Shown here: piece after piece, positions 35,553-49,800 of the stretch | How positions within the stretch are numbered: the stretch's first letter is position 1 | How the letters are laid out: the number at the start of each line of letters is the position of its first letter | Assembly (NCBI RefSeq): GCF_032062105.1 | Contig: NW_026934771.1 | Location: 310,001 to 374,000, forward strand | DNA from: Saccostrea cucullata | Lineage: Eukaryota | Direction of reading: 5' to 3' | Length of the DNA: 64,000 nucleotides | Made by a program: the position numbers and the translations under genes | The notes under the pieces: generated by a model | Told to the model about the DNA's origin: nothing | What the model saw: only the letters and a program-made list of their open reading frames with translations | Database searches by the model: none

Positions 35553-37036
35553 GTATCATAGTATGAGATAGACAGACAATGCCAGTCTATTTAAAAAAAA
35601 TGAAAATACGATCTATGAATATCGTTTCGACTCCAATCTAGTTGGGTCCTGGATCATTTCTAACTTTTTCTTTGTTTTTAACCCCTAGAATTGTATAAAG
35701 AAAGTTTTTTTTTCGACACATGAATTATCTTTGACTGAAAGAATTTAATTAACAGAAACGATTCCAAAATTTGATATGAGGAAGACTGATTAGGCAGGGG
35801 TTGGTACCTACATTATGGACCCTCTGTGGGCATCAGTGTCTGTCAGCCTACATCCGCGACTGTGGGTCTTGGGCTAAATCCTGCATCTACATCCATGTAG
35901 ACGAAAGCCTGTCCACTTCTCTAAAGTGAAGAGGGCATAGCTCCTTGGGGACCAGGGCCATGGCAAAACCACCGTATTACAGACAGAACTAGATTGACAG
36001 CACGAATTAAAAGAAGATATGCCTCCTTGTCATAATTAATGATTAAAAAATTTATTAACTTCTATAATTTTTTTAAGTTCTATAGGATAAAAGTTGAAGA
36101 AAGAATTAAGCCGGCCCCTATGTTTATGACAAAAATACAGATATAAAGCCTCTTAATTATACCTTTTTATTTAAATGCACTCTGTAGCTTCAATAATTGA
36201 TACGTTTTAGGAGGGACTTATACACTAGTAGTATAGGTATTAGTACGTAGGTCCCTGAATTTAGCGCACCAGCTAGCCAAATTCCACCCCCTAAATCCGC
36301 CACTTAAAGGACTGAATATATGTTTCAATGAAAATTCAGGAATTCGATCAGGGATTTTATTGGGTATACGTGTATAAAAATTGATCTTGATATTGTAGGC
36401 TAAAAACTTTAATCAGGTAAACAGGCACATGTTTAGTCTCTGTTCAAATTCGTCTGCATTGACGTTTGAGTCGGAGGGGGGGGGGGGGGGTGCTTGTTAT
36501 AACAACTTTTAAAGTGTAAGTAGATTCAAATTTATATTAATTTATTTTGAACTATGAACAATCTGAAAGGCAAGCCCCTGTGGTTTGAATAGGTTCTGCT
36601 GTCCGAGTGAATAAAAAAGCTCTTTATTCTTCCTTTTGTTTCTGATTTGGGTATGGAAGTTCGTCCCTGTACTAATGTGATTAGCACAGGCGGCAGTTTA
36701 AAATTTCAGAGTAAAAATTACGGGGAAAGAAGTCCACGTTGTTATAAAAAAAACAAGTCAGTCCTAACAAACGATAAGAAATATTAAAAAAAAAAAAATA
36801 CACTCATGGTTATTTTCAGTGATCGATTTTTGAAAGGGGGGGGGGGCAGCCATAGAAAAAAAATTTCAACTTACTGTACCTGACAAAAATCTTGACATGC
36901 ACAAAAAAGGAAAATTGTCCAAACTCGAAAATTCTATTACGTAGAGGGAGAGGGGAAGAAGCCAACCTTTCTTTCCATGTCATTTCTTTTAACCCAGACA
37001 TACTACATTAACCTTAATTTAAACGTACTGAAACAG

Positions 37037-37067
<31 letters not shown>

Positions 37068-37564
37068 GTGGGGTGGGGGGGGGGGGGGGGGGGGGGGCAA
37101 CCGGACTCTCAAATGAACATTTACTATAGTACAAAGCTATGTCTGGGACCCCCCCCCCTCCACTTCTTGCTGCTTGCCTGATTTTGGAATTAATTTAATT
37201 ATATATTTTCTTGTCAATCTAATTATTTGACACGCAATATTTAATTATAAAACGTTAGGAGAAACAAGAATGTCCCGTCTAGTCAGGGACCCATTATTGA
37301 TCGTTACTGTTTAGAAGACATTCTCGCTATCATTGGACTATTATTCTGTGTGATTGATGATAGTACATTTAAAGTACCCCTATTTTCTTTACCTATTGAT
37401 TTAAGTAAGGAATTTAATTTAGGTTTATACTGACGATTTAGCACTGTGTTTAAACTGCGGCTATAAAATCGTCACCATTTAAATGCGATCTAACTTGTTG
37501 CACAGGACTATTTGTAAAACAGGTCCATATTTGTTTATGTGTGCTATAATTGCAGGAACCAGTG

Positions 37565-39226
37565 ATGATCCAAGCATGTCGGATTCTCTGCCGATGTCGG
37601 AGGGGGGTGAAGTTCGTGACCCGCCTGATGGCTCTGGGGAGCATCCTCTGTCTGCTGTACTTTACTTTGATGACCTTCACAGTGACGGGTTTATCATGGT
37701 TCGAAATCTTACCAAACCTTTATAAACACAAACCCGACGTTATTAGGACCCACAAAATAGTGATAGCTTTCGTCTTTATGAATGCTATGGGAAACTGTAT
37801 CCTTGTTCTTGGGACGGATACGAGTATACGCAGATTTAACAAAGAATTGAAGAAAAAGGTGCTAAAAACTAAAGAATTCAAGGACTGTGGCGTATGTCAC
37901 GAGACTGTTCCCGTCCGTACTCATCACTGCTATCTTTGTGAGACCTGCATTCTAAAACGAGACCACCACTGTTTCTTTATGACTGTTTGTATAGGACATT
38001 TCAATCACAAGTACTTCGTGATGTATTGTTTTTATATGATGGTGGGAACGTTCTACGGCATGTTTTTAATTGTTCTATACCTCAAGAAATTGTTCAATAC
38101 AACATTTTATGGGCCACAGACATTCATTACCATTATATATGACCTTATTTGGGGTTTTCTCACGGAGAATTATCCGCACGAGAAATACTTTTTCCTGGTG
38201 GTCATGATGTACGGGGGCCCACTCGATTGGGACCCTTCTTATTCCAGAATTACCATTCTGTCTGCTCGATTGGTTTGGTAGGGTAGACTTAGAAGGCCTT
38301 CTCAGCCTTCCACATCAAAGATAGAAGGATTTTAATATCATAGCATTCTAATATGGCGTCCAAAGGGTTGGTGAAAACTTTGGGGATTTTAATTATTGTA
38401 AATAAACCAAACTTAAAGCAAACTACAGTAGCAAAATGTATTTTTATAATGTATGAAGGGCAATTCTGTTAAGAAGCATTTTTCTGCTATGTAATTGCAG
38501 TAAAATCAACCATTGAACACAGTTTTAAATGATTTACCATGTAATTTGGGGTGGAGATTTGAGCCATAAATAGGTCCCTGATTTGACCATATACATAAAT
38601 TACATAATTATTTTAAATTTTTTTATTCATGTACTAGTAATTTAATATTCTTCTGTCTAAGGCACTTGATGTTTTACCCTTTCTTTACATAATTAAAAAA
38701 AATTTCCAATACTATTATATAAAAAAAATTCACTCTTAATTATCTCTATAAGTTTCCCTTTCGAACTAAAATTTAATGCTTTTTAAATTAAAGGATTCAA
38801 ATTCTTGAAAAACAACTATACTGCAGTAATTCAAAACATTGCAGATAATGTTCTATCCTATTCAATATCCTTCTGAACACTCGATTTAGACATACATATT
38901 CCAACCCTTCCAACATCCCCCTCTGCTTCTAGAAGGGTCCCAATCGAGTGGGCCCCGGGTGTCTGACGGCGGGGATGATAGCAGCCTCGCTTTGGTTCTG
39001 GAACATGCTTCTCGTGATATCTGGGCAGACGACACACGAATCTAGAAAAGGAATCGCCAGACATACGGGAAAATCATTCTTCAGGAATTTTTTGGACGTT
39101 TTTGGAAAATATTGGATAATATCAATATTCTTGCCAGTGCCTTTGCCAGTTTCTAGTGATGCTTTGTTTGAAGATTTTCATGAATGTAAAAGTAATTCAA
39201 AACATAACGATTGTAAAAAAGATTAA
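37565..39226 (+). CDS. DHHC palmitoyltransferase (ZDHHC22/24-like), single coding exon interrupted by a MITE
   Basis: C..C....P.RTHHC..C..CILKRDHHCFF...CIGHFNHKYF and GQTTHE. The frame is restored when 38215-38958 is removed. Confidence 0.88.
38215..38955. mobile_element. 741-bp MITE (PIF/Harbinger-like, 3-bp TSD) inside the ZDHHC coding sequence
   Basis: Perfect TIR gggcccactcgattgggacccttct, with CGG at 38212-38214 and 38956-38958. An alternative reading is CAC..GTG ends with a GGCC TSD (Chapaev-like). Confidence 0.85.
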
Positions 39227-39809
39227 TATATTACAGAAGTGAATCTATATTTAGGAATAGATTTTAACACAGGGAATAGTATCCATTTTAGATGGATTTG
39301 TATATGTTGCAGTTTCCATGACTTAAAAGAGAGACATGATACACGACAAAATGTTAAAGTACAACATGTCATTTGACAGTCAGTAAGATCTTGGGCAAGT
39401 ATTTGACATTAGCGCTTGTCAAGCTGTTGCACCTTGCCAATGTATGCACCAAAACTAACCTTTGAACACAGAAAGACATTAGGAGTGGTAAATGTTAAAT
39501 CGATTGATTGAATAGATCAAGCTGTTTCGACTTTGTTCAAATCTAATCCGATTACTGAATTGGTCAAGTTGAAATTGAAGGCAAGCTGACGATGGGGTCG
39601 AAGAAGTATTCGGTAGCGCAAAGCACAAAAATAAATAATTTCAACAAAGCAATTATTGTTCTGTAATTTATTGATTTAGGCGTTAAGGAAGATACTTTTA
39701 AATTAGTTTTTTTAATGCAGCATAACTTTAAATATTGAATTCTCGTCTCTTTGTATAATTCAGTTAATACAAAAAGCAAAGTCTGTATTCAGAATGGCCC
39801 ATTCATATA

Positions 39810-40754
39810 CTATTTGGGTAATTCTGAATCCGCTTGAAGATAAGTTGGTTTATTTCCACCTGATGTAAATCCGCCGGCTGACGAAGATTCGTTTCCTAAA
39901 ACAGTGTACGGCACGTCCGGTGTCACCCTTTTGGTTCCGTTTTGATGCTGTGGAGTTGGAAGTGCAGTTGGAGACTGTATGAATGATGGATGCAAACCCG
40001 GCACTGTATGGGTGTACGGTACAGTAGGCGGGCCATTAGGGGGGATTGCGGTCGGCAAGAGGATACGCTGACCCGTGATATGAGGACTAATGTCACTTTG
40101 CTGATGCAAGTCTGTAAGCGTGGGAGGATATGGGAGATAGTTCAAAGATGTTCCAAAAGCAGGCGACTTGACACAAGTTAACGGAAGACCCGGAAGAGCA
40201 GCAGTTTGGAGAAGCGAGTTGGTGATAAAGGAATATGGTGAGAGACCTGATCTGAGAACAGCTTCCCTGAGCATTAGGGATTCCTGTATGACCCCAGGGT
40301 CAAAGGTTGTAGGTGAAATCCCTTGGTCGTCATCATACCTTCTCTCAATCGGAGACCGATCCCTGTCACGTGATCTGCCTCGTTTTCGATCTTCGTACCT
40401 GCCTCTGTCCCTCGGTCGGTGTCTCCTTTGCTCTGGAAAATCCCTGGGGTCTTTTTCTCTGTCTTTTTGATCTCTCTCCATTTTTACAATTTCATTTTTA
40501 GACAGTTGAACTTTCAACTTTGACCCCAGTAAGGAAGTGCCATCCACTCCTTTAACCGCTTCTTCCGCATGTTTAGGTTCGAAAAAAGTCACAAAGGCAT
40601 AACCTCTTGATAGAGGATTTCGAGCAATCCAAACGGTTTTGACGAGCCCAAACCTTTCAAAAATTTCCTCTAGGTGATGTTTCTCAACATTTTCAGCTAA
40701 ACCTCCAACATATACTTTGGCAATAGTTTTTACGACATCGCTATCCTTACTCAT
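39810..40754 (-). CDS. Intronless RRM protein with SRSF3/SRSF7(RBP1)-like RRM, short R/D/S tract and Pro-rich tail
   Basis: KVYVGGL (RNP2) and VWIARNP..RGYAFVTF (RNP1) in a 314-aa uninterrupted ORF. Confidence 0.8.
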   Translation of the reverse strand: MSKDSDVVKTIAKVYVGGLAENVEKHHLEEIFERFGLVKTVWIARNPLSRGYAFVTFFEPKHAEEAVKGVDGTSLLGSKLKVQLSKNEIVKMERDQKDREKDPRDFPEQRRHRPRDRGRYEDRKRGRSRDRDRSPIERRYDDDQGISPTTFDPGVIQESLMLREAVLRSGLSPYSFITNSLLQTAALPGLPLTCVKSPAFGTSLNYLPYPPTLTDLHQQSDISPHITGQRILLPTAIPPNGPPTVPYTHTVPGLHPSFIQSPTALPTPQHQNGTKRVTPDVPYTVLGNESSSAGGFTSGGNKPTYLQADSELPK

Positions 40755-41365
40755 TTTGATTAAATGGAATCGCCTGGTAAAGTGAAGTCCGAAAATAGAT
40801 GAAGTTGAAGACCCAAAATAATCAGGGATTTGGCTTGATGGAGTAAGTGTAGTGATGCCAAAGAAGCAGCAGGAAACTGGAAGGAAAAGCAGATTTTAAA
40901 GACAAAGTAGAAGAAGCACTTCCTATTTGAAGCTGTCGACAATTTTTTTTTCATACCTTCAGTAGGAGTTATAAGAAGACATCCTTACCGCCCTATCGTC
41001 TGAAGTACAAATGAATTAAGCATTCGTATAAGTCGTTGATGTAGAGAGGCGCTTGAAGGTGGATCAATTAAAACTTTGTGATATTTGAAACAGATGTTAG
41101 ATAATCGGAAAAAATTAGCCGAATAACAGGAAAAAAAATCGACTTTTTTATGGTCAGTTTCACACTGCTGCGCTCGAAAATGTACATAACTATAGGAAAA
41201 GTCGATCACAACTCCATTTGTCGATTGACGGATACTTGGACAAATTCATCAATATAATATTACAATAAGTATCATCATTGAAAAAAAATATCTTTAAAAT
41301 ATGCTGTATTTATTTAGTGAGGTCTGTAGCAACCCTTAAGGCAAAAAGAGATCCTTTATTGAAAA

Positions 41366-42046
41366 CAACAAGATGTATTTGTAAAACACTAATATCCCCG
41401 TATGGTAGCTTATATAGCAAAGGTTCAAGTTTCTCAAATGCAAGTCAAACTCCAAGGCCAAACAAGGTCAAACGATAAAGAATATTGTTACCCAAAAAAG
41501 ACTTGTCTCAGTGAATATACTTCTCAAATATAAATTCCCAATGTAAACTTCAAAAGTTATGACCAGAGTTAAAGCTTTTAAAAGGTCAAGGTCAGAGGTC
41601 AAAATAAATGGAAAGGCTTTTCACAAGAAGTACGTAGAACAACCTAATAACAACTGTTCAGAAGATATGGGTAAGGTTAAAGTTTTCCAAAAGTAGGTCA
41701 AACTTCAAGGTCAAGATCAAAATTATTGGTATTCAAAGGAAGTCATATCATAAATTAGGAATACGCATGTGAAGTAAGCAAGCCATAGCACCAATTACAA
41801 CTGTTCAAAGTTTGGAAATTTTTGGCAAATGTGGGTAAAACTCTAACGTCGAAAGGTTAAATATGTTGGTACACAAAGACAGGTCTTGTCACAAGGAATA
41901 CACTTGTAAAATATGAAGGTTATAAGTTCATTCAATCAAAAGTTATGGCCAAGGCAAAAGTGTTTGCGGACAAACAGTTAGGCGGACAGACAGGACAAAA
42001 CCTAAATACCAGTATCACCGAAACTTCGATTATGGGAGCATAAAAA
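41366..42046. repeat. ggtcaaggtca-family HINE-like repeat; a short inverted, internally deleted relative lies at ~43070-43246
   Basis: aacaagatgtatttgtaaaacacta... start, degenerate tandem units, ggacagacag, and ...gcataaaaa end. Confidence 0.6.
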
Positions 42047-45000
42047 TATGAAAGAGTTATTGCATTACCTTGGCTTTAGTGCAGACTATTTTCTTTTTAC
42101 AAAAAATAGGGACCTAATGCTTGCTGTTTACGCCACGGGCCCGTTTTAACTTAAGTTGATTATAAAATTAATTATTCTTTTTTGAAATAGTTACCATAAA
42201 AATATTCTAAATTCTTTTCAAAAAGAATAAAACCGTTTTCAAATTTATGTAAAATAGAAAGTTATAAGCAAAATTAAATTTTGGTCTTAGTCGTAAGTTC
42301 TTTTGTAAAACGTTCCCCAGGGTTTGATTTGATCGAAGCAATAATTAAAATTAATTTGAGCTTTTAAAAAAAGGTTTCGTAACATAATTTTGAAAATTTC
42401 GTCGATATGCAAATAATAAATTCGTTTGGGTTTGTTAAATGGGAAGTAGATTTTAAAAGAATATATTATATATTTTGGAAGTAAAATCAAAGTCAGTAGT
42501 AGTAGTGGCCGCTCGAAATTAAACAAAAAATGTACGAGTAGTCATCTTACACAGATTTTAAACTCTTATTCCTTATTCTACCTTGTCGGAATTTAAGATT
42601 GTAGATAAGACAGGGTGAGACATGGGCAAAGTTTTAATACTAGATTTCTAATTACGCCAAATGTATTACTGAATGAAACGAAAGACAATTTTTTGCAACC
42701 CCCATCGTAAAATAAACATACATACTGAAATCGATAAAGTTCTCACGTTTTTCTGTATATACATATCTTTAAAACTGATTAATTTTCGATGAGAAAGATT
42801 CAAATGAGTGAATACCAAAATGCAAGGAACCTATACGCTGTTGAAACTATCTGAACAGACACACTAGCTTTACCAATTTTTCAAAACAAAAATATACTTC
42901 GTATTAGCTATCGTTCTTATTTTAGAGGGGATGTGTGTAAATAAGCTCAGTTGCCTGTGATTGAAACTAAAAAGGTCTCTTGAGTCATCTATTTATTAAA
43001 CGGATTATTAGTGCAACTGTGGAAATATTTCAGAATTATTGAACGTTACCCAAAAATCATTTCGCCTAATTTTTATGCCCCCGGATCGAAAGATCTCGGG
43101 GATACACTTTTTGCCTTGTCTGTCTGTTTATCTGTTGTCAACTTTAACCTAGCCCATAACTATTGCGCTGTCAAGGGTAAGTATATACCACTTCAGTCTA
43201 CATCCCACTCCAGCGGGGGCATAGTGTTTCACAAACACACCTTGTTTTTCCTGTAGTCTTGTAAACCTCTAACAAAAGCTATTTCGATTTGCATTGGACT
43301 GGCACACGGTACGGTAATTTGCGTGTGACATCTTGTTATCAGGTCGTTCATAATTATTGCTATATGTATAAAGAGTCAGCTGAATAAATGATGTCAATAT
43401 CTTACAATGTTTTTATTTATTTGATTTTGGATCTTGTTGATTTATCCTTGGGAACATAAAATAAAACGACTTGTGCTTGATTTTTATATTAAACATCTAA
43501 TTATAATCAAAGTAGTCCATCTTGTATTCTGCTCCCCCCTTTCCCTCCATTAATTAGCCCGGAGTGGTAAGTCTTTGATACCCAAAATATGCTCCTAGGG
43601 TGAAAAGTCTACCTAGGGGCTGATTAGGAAAACAACATTTTCTACAGAAATCCACTTACACCTAAAACTGTAGTCATCTTTTTAACAATGATTAGTTGGT
43701 GGTGTCCTGTGGATGTACTGCAAGGTTTCAGATAGTCCAAAATCATTTCTCTGCCCAAACTTGGCTCCTAGAACTCTTACATGTTACACAGTAGACAATC
43801 TTTTTAAATGATTGATGTTGTCTTGCAATATACAATGTGTTTCATAATTTAATTTTCAACCTGGAGACCAAATGTTAATTCTACAATATGTATCATATGG
43901 TACATGTACAAGTATATTCTACATGAGTGGGACAATTATATTGTTGCTTCTTGTGCAAATAATCAGGTACAAATAAGAGTAAATTTAGAGGCAAACATTT
44001 TCACATGGGTAGCATTTTTTCATCTTCAATTTCGAATTAAACTTAAAGGAATCTTGATCAGAGACTGACTTTCCCACCAAAACAAAAATATACAAAGTAT
44101 CTTTAATTTATTCAAATTTGATGAAATTTGGTGAACACCTGCAATTGACAAAACAATTAAGAATAGATTTTCCAAAGTTGGACATACATTAATAGAATAA
44201 TTCATTTATAGAGAAAGTCATTAACAGCAATGGTACATGTATGTCAAGAGTCAACTCGGCAACAAGGAGCAAAGGATTCAACCAATACATCCAGTAACTT
44301 TGTCCAATACACCATGTACTTAGACAAAACATCATCTTTATATTTTTCATCCATATACACATATGGATTTCTTTTCAATAAATTCTCTGTTCTTCAATAC
44401 AATTCCATGATGTACAGTCAGGTATAAACAGTTAGACCATTTGGTTTATACACATATGGGAAATAAATAACTTTACATCATGAAAACTGGAATATACATG
44501 TAGTAACAATCGGATGCTGCCAATATTAATATTAATCATATATTAACATCAACAAATATTTAAATACCATAGCTCTCCTTTATATAATATTTTTTTCTGT
44601 AACACATACGCCACAATCTTCGTACATGTATATTAGATTAAAAAAGCAATGCATATTAGCCCAGGGTTTTCAATCTTAAAAGCTAAAAGGAATAGCGGAA
44701 CTTTGAATGCAATAATCAGGTAAAAATGAAAATTCGATCCCCATCTGAATACACTCTGAAGAACTGTCCTCCAGATTTCAGAAAAATCATCCAAAGTACA
44801 TAATAATACATACAAACACTCATTCACATCATTAAGTTCCTCACAATATACACACACAAATAAATCATAAGAAGACTGAATTCTGTTACAAATATCACAA
44901 TTTCAGCATATCACAAAAACAAACAGCTCTTCAGAGAGCTGCTAGCACTCTCTAGATGATCCATATTATGACTAGCCATTCCTTGTTACACAGCCACCAT

Positions 45001-45081
45001 CCAAATTGTGGTCACAGCGGCAAAATCCATGTAGTCACTTCATAAACTGGAATTCATATTACCTCTATCGCACTACATATG

Positions 45082-45566
45082 CTAGCAAAATCCATCCTCT
45101 AAGACGGAATTTGAATTCGAGTCTGTGATTAAGTTTTCTATCGCCCCCATCTGTGAGCTGTTCATTGCTGAGGACAAGGCGGAGTCTGTGGAGAAATGCA
45201 CCCCCTGGGGGTCGATGGTCTCTCCCCCCTCCTCATCTTCTAGCCCCTCCGGTGGCTTCATTTTGGCAATCTCTTCTCGTAATTGGTTATAGTGTCGCTG
45301 TGATTGAAAAAATAAAAGTTTTCTTAATGGTTTTGTTACCAATGTCCTTACAAATTTAATCAGCAACGCATGAAATAAACGCTTTTAATGCTTTACATGT
45401 AGATATGATAATTTGGCTGATTATTATGTCCATGATTAAACTGAAATGATACTATCTATGGAAATAAAATTTTACCGAGTAAACTACAAAATTGACAAAA
45501 ATTAGTGCTTAATGAAAAATATTAAAATCTCAGTATTTTCTAAAAGAGATATGGAAAATATCTATT

Positions 45567-45602
<36 letters not shown>

Positions 45603-46758
45603 CACCGTGGCTAGGAAAAAGTAGAAATTGGTTTATTATTGCAAAGTTTAAATCCAAAAGTAGTCCCATGACCAATCATGGCTTTGCTATTCTTGAGAAG
45701 AAGATTTTTAAAGAATTTTCCTACATATTTCTATGTAAAACTTTGGTTGGCCATTTTGGCCCCGCCCTACCCCTGGGGGTCATGATTTGAACAAACTTTA
45801 ATCTACACTACTGTAGGATGCTTCCATATAAGTATGATCAATTATGGCTTTGTTATTCTTGAGAAGAAGATTTTTAAAGAATTTTCCTATATATTTCTAT
45901 GTAAAATTTTGGTCGGCCATTGTGGCCCCGCCCTACCCCCGGGGGTCATGATTTGGACAAATTTGAATCTACAGTACCTGAGGATGCTTCCATATAAGTT
46001 TCATCCTTCCTGGCACAGTGGTTCTTGAAAAGAAGATTTTTAAAGAATTTTCCTATATATTTCTATGTAAAACTTAGGTCGGCCATTGTGGCCCCGCCTT
46101 ACCCCCAGGGGTCATGATTTGAACAAATTTGAATCTACACTACCTCAGGATGCTTCCATATAAGTTTCATCTTTCCTGGCACAGTGGTTCTTGAGAAGAA
46201 GATTTTTAAAGAATTTTCCTATATATTTCTATGTAAAACTTTGGTCGGCCATTGTGGCCCCGCCTTACCCCCGGGGGTCATGATTTGAACAAATTTGAAT
46301 CTACACTACCTCAGGATACTTCCATATAAGTTTCATCCTTCCTGGCACAGTGGTTCTTGAAAAGAAAATTTTTAAAGAATTTTCCTATATATTTCTATGT
46401 AAAACTTAGGTCGGCCATTGTGGCCCTGCCCTAACCCCGGGGGTCATGATTTGAACAAACTTGAATCTACACTACCTGAGGATGCTTCCATATAAATATG
46501 ATCAATTATGGCTTTGTTATTCTTGAGAAGAAGATTTTTAAAGAATTTTTCCTATATATTTCTATGTAAAACTTTGGTTGGCCATTGTGGCCCCGCCCTA
46601 CCCCCGGGGGTCATGATTTGAACAAATCTGAATCTGCACTACCTGAGGATGCTTCCATATAAGTTTCATCCTTCCTGGCACAGTGGTTCTTGAGAAGAAG
46701 ATTTTTAAAACATGCCACAAAATTTTTATTAATTCCCAATTATCTCCCCTTGAATGAA

Positions 46759-46814
<56 letters not shown>

Positions 46815-46858
46815 GCAAGTTTGGTTGAAATTGGCCTAGCGGTTCTTGAGAAGAAGTC

Positions 46859-46889
<31 letters not shown>

Positions 46890-49800
46890 AGCTAGACAGA
46901 CGGACTACAGACAAAATGTGATCAGAAAAGCTCACTTGAGCCTTTGGCTCAGGTGAGCTAAAAATACATGTCTGAAATTCTTTTTTTGAGTACCATGGTA
47001 CTCTAGTCTACTTTGTATTCAGTATCTTATAAAATAATAAGTTCTCACTTTAAGTGCTAGAGTACTGTGAGCTATCGTCCTCCCTGTTCGTTTATCATTG
47101 CTGTAGGACTCCATCTCTGCTATCCAGTTCTCGCACTGTTTTAACACCTCGTGCCTCTTCAGCCAGAAGTGTTTGTGAATGACCTCCCGGAAGCAGGGGG
47201 TGGGGTTCTTGATTTGTTCTAACATGGCCCACTTAACAGTGGCTTGTCGGATGTTGGCGTCGTACTCTCGGGAGCTGGCAGTGCCCGATGGCGTGCCTCT
47301 TGATCGTTCGTATCCCGGCTCATTGAAGTAAGGTTCTGAGACTAGAATCAAGGACTGTATAGACACCAAAACCTGTACACATAACATAGATAAAATATTA
47401 AATTTAAACTTTATTATATCAAATTTAATTTACATGAAGTCTGTAAAAGTAAAGTAAACTACGTTGGTTAACACTAAAACATTGAATGTAGATGTGTTAG
47501 CTTTCTAAATTTTTGTGTGTTTACTCAGTTAGCAATTATGATGTATACATGTATACTGTACCTGTAGAAAACTTGAAGTTTGAGCATTCCATTTTTCTTC
47601 TGGTCTACCATGCCAGGTGTTCAACACACTTAAGCACACCTATAAAGTAAAATATTCTCATGAGAAAAATATTTAAAAAATTCATGCTGATCTATATATT
47701 TACCTTGAGAAAATACATTTATCTTGAATAAATAATGTCTCAGAGAAGATAATTTCTGAACAAACATACATGAAAAATGGGCCACTAAACCATTTAAATC
47801 TCGCACAGCAAGATTCACAAAAAAAAATCTTATCTTACATATTGTCAAATGCATGTAGGGATACACTTTGCCCTGTACAGCAATATGTTCTTAATTAGAT
47901 ACTGACCTTTCCATCATTATAAAGATTTGGGTTGAATCTAATAGTGTGGTTTCCTGTGGTCTCCAGATTAATTAGGGGTGGAGATGTGGGGTAGTCTGGT
48001 GGGAAATACACATCAAACTCAAAGCAGCCGTTCTCATACGGAGTGTCAGAAGGACCCGTTATCATCACCTTAAATGATCAAATGCAATGTCTGAATACTT
48101 CATGAATATCTTTTTTTTTTTTACTACAGATATTGTATAAAGCTTATTTTACATAGGCCAAATGATCTTTAATTCTTTGGCATTAAATTTAAAAAAAAAA
48201 TGTGTCAAGAAGAATTTTTATTTTCAGTGAATTTTTGTTTTTAACAATGACAAAAGAATAAATTTCTTTTCCAGCTTCAAGCAAAAGATTTCAATATGAA
48301 AGCATTCAGCCAAATGCAATGTCCCTGAGATACAAAGTCTTAATATTTTAAGAAGCCTAAAAATTCCTTCCGTTTCTGTTGTTGTACATATTGGAGGCTC
48401 CTTAAACTTTCAAATTGTTGTACAAACATCCTGAAAAATACCTTCATGATGTCGAGTCTTTCTTCATCACACCTGACAAACACACTGCTGCCAGCGGAGA
48501 GGGGGAGTGAGGTAGATAGGGTCGTAGCTTCCTGAGCGAGGCGACGTGTTCGAGAGGCATTGCTTACTTCACCTGCCGCCTTCACATTATTCTCGTAGTG
48601 ATGAGAACAGGTGAATTTAACGGCACTTGAATCGTCCAACACAAACTCAAAAGATCCTAGAAAGGAAGTAAATTCTTTGTACATGTAGTTGATAACATAT
48701 ACATGCACATAAATACATACATACATACATGTAAATACCATTCATTACAGTATATGCATTTCCTTTGTACTGCAGTTATATGCATAAAAGACTTCTCTGT
48801 TTCTCAGGCCAAAAATTGTGAAATATTAAAATTTTAAGCACAGAAGTTTTCTTTTTGAGAAGGGGAATGACTACATTGTTTTTCTCCAGTTCTGTCAATA
48901 ATATTGGTCAATGCATTAGTGTTCAGCTTATTGAAGTGGTGCTAGAGATATAAATTTAAATTTTCTCCTTTAATTGTCCACTCACCAAACTGCTCCTCCT
49001 GCATGATGGTCATGTAATGCTCCTCTGCACTGGCCTGACCAGCCTGCCCCGATTTATCTTTACCGGCTTCTTCACTGGCTCCCTCTGTTTCTGACAAAGT
49101 GAAATTAAGACATACAGCTTCAATTATATTTTTTCAAAACAGTATTGAAGTTATATGAGCAATGGAAGAAATTTCCATCAACTTCATGTTTTTTGTTACA
49201 GTAATACATTGAAACCTGTCTAATTGAGACACCATTGGTTCAATAGAAATTGGTCAGATTAAACAACATTCTGGATTTTAAACAATTCAATTAATTTGAA
49301 GGGATTAAGGATTATTATTGAAAAGACAAGATTTCAGATAAAACAGCATCCAGGTTCGATAATTTAACTGTATAAAATTACAAAAAAATCTCTTTAAGGA
49401 TTAAATTGGATACCCGTGGATTTCTGTAGTCTCTCTGTGGCGATCTTGACAATTCTAGCCGTCTCCTGTATGTTGGGGATCAGCATGGCTAGCCCCTCAT
49501 TCTCCTCCTCTTCTGCTACACTGCCATTCTCATTCTTGGCTTTGTTAGATCTTTAAAAAAGTTCACCCAAGATTTCAACTAATGCGCATTTGATTGTTTG
49601 TCTTTAAAGAATAAGAAGCTGTAAGAGCTATAAAATTCTTAAGATTTCATACATATCACCATTGTTGGATAAAAGTTGTGTTTCTGAGACATGTATTTTT
49701 TCAAATATTTTTTCTATATCCCATACAAAGTTTTCATAAACTTTAAAATAAATAAGACAATGTATCAATTTATATTTACTTTAATCTGCTGGCGTATGTA

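Noticed and set aside
37039-37097. (GT)n plus poly-G run (also ~10340-10380 and ~36475) as a G-quadruplex element
   Set aside because: Homopolymer lengths are unreliable and such runs are common in these repeats. Nothing else supports a function.
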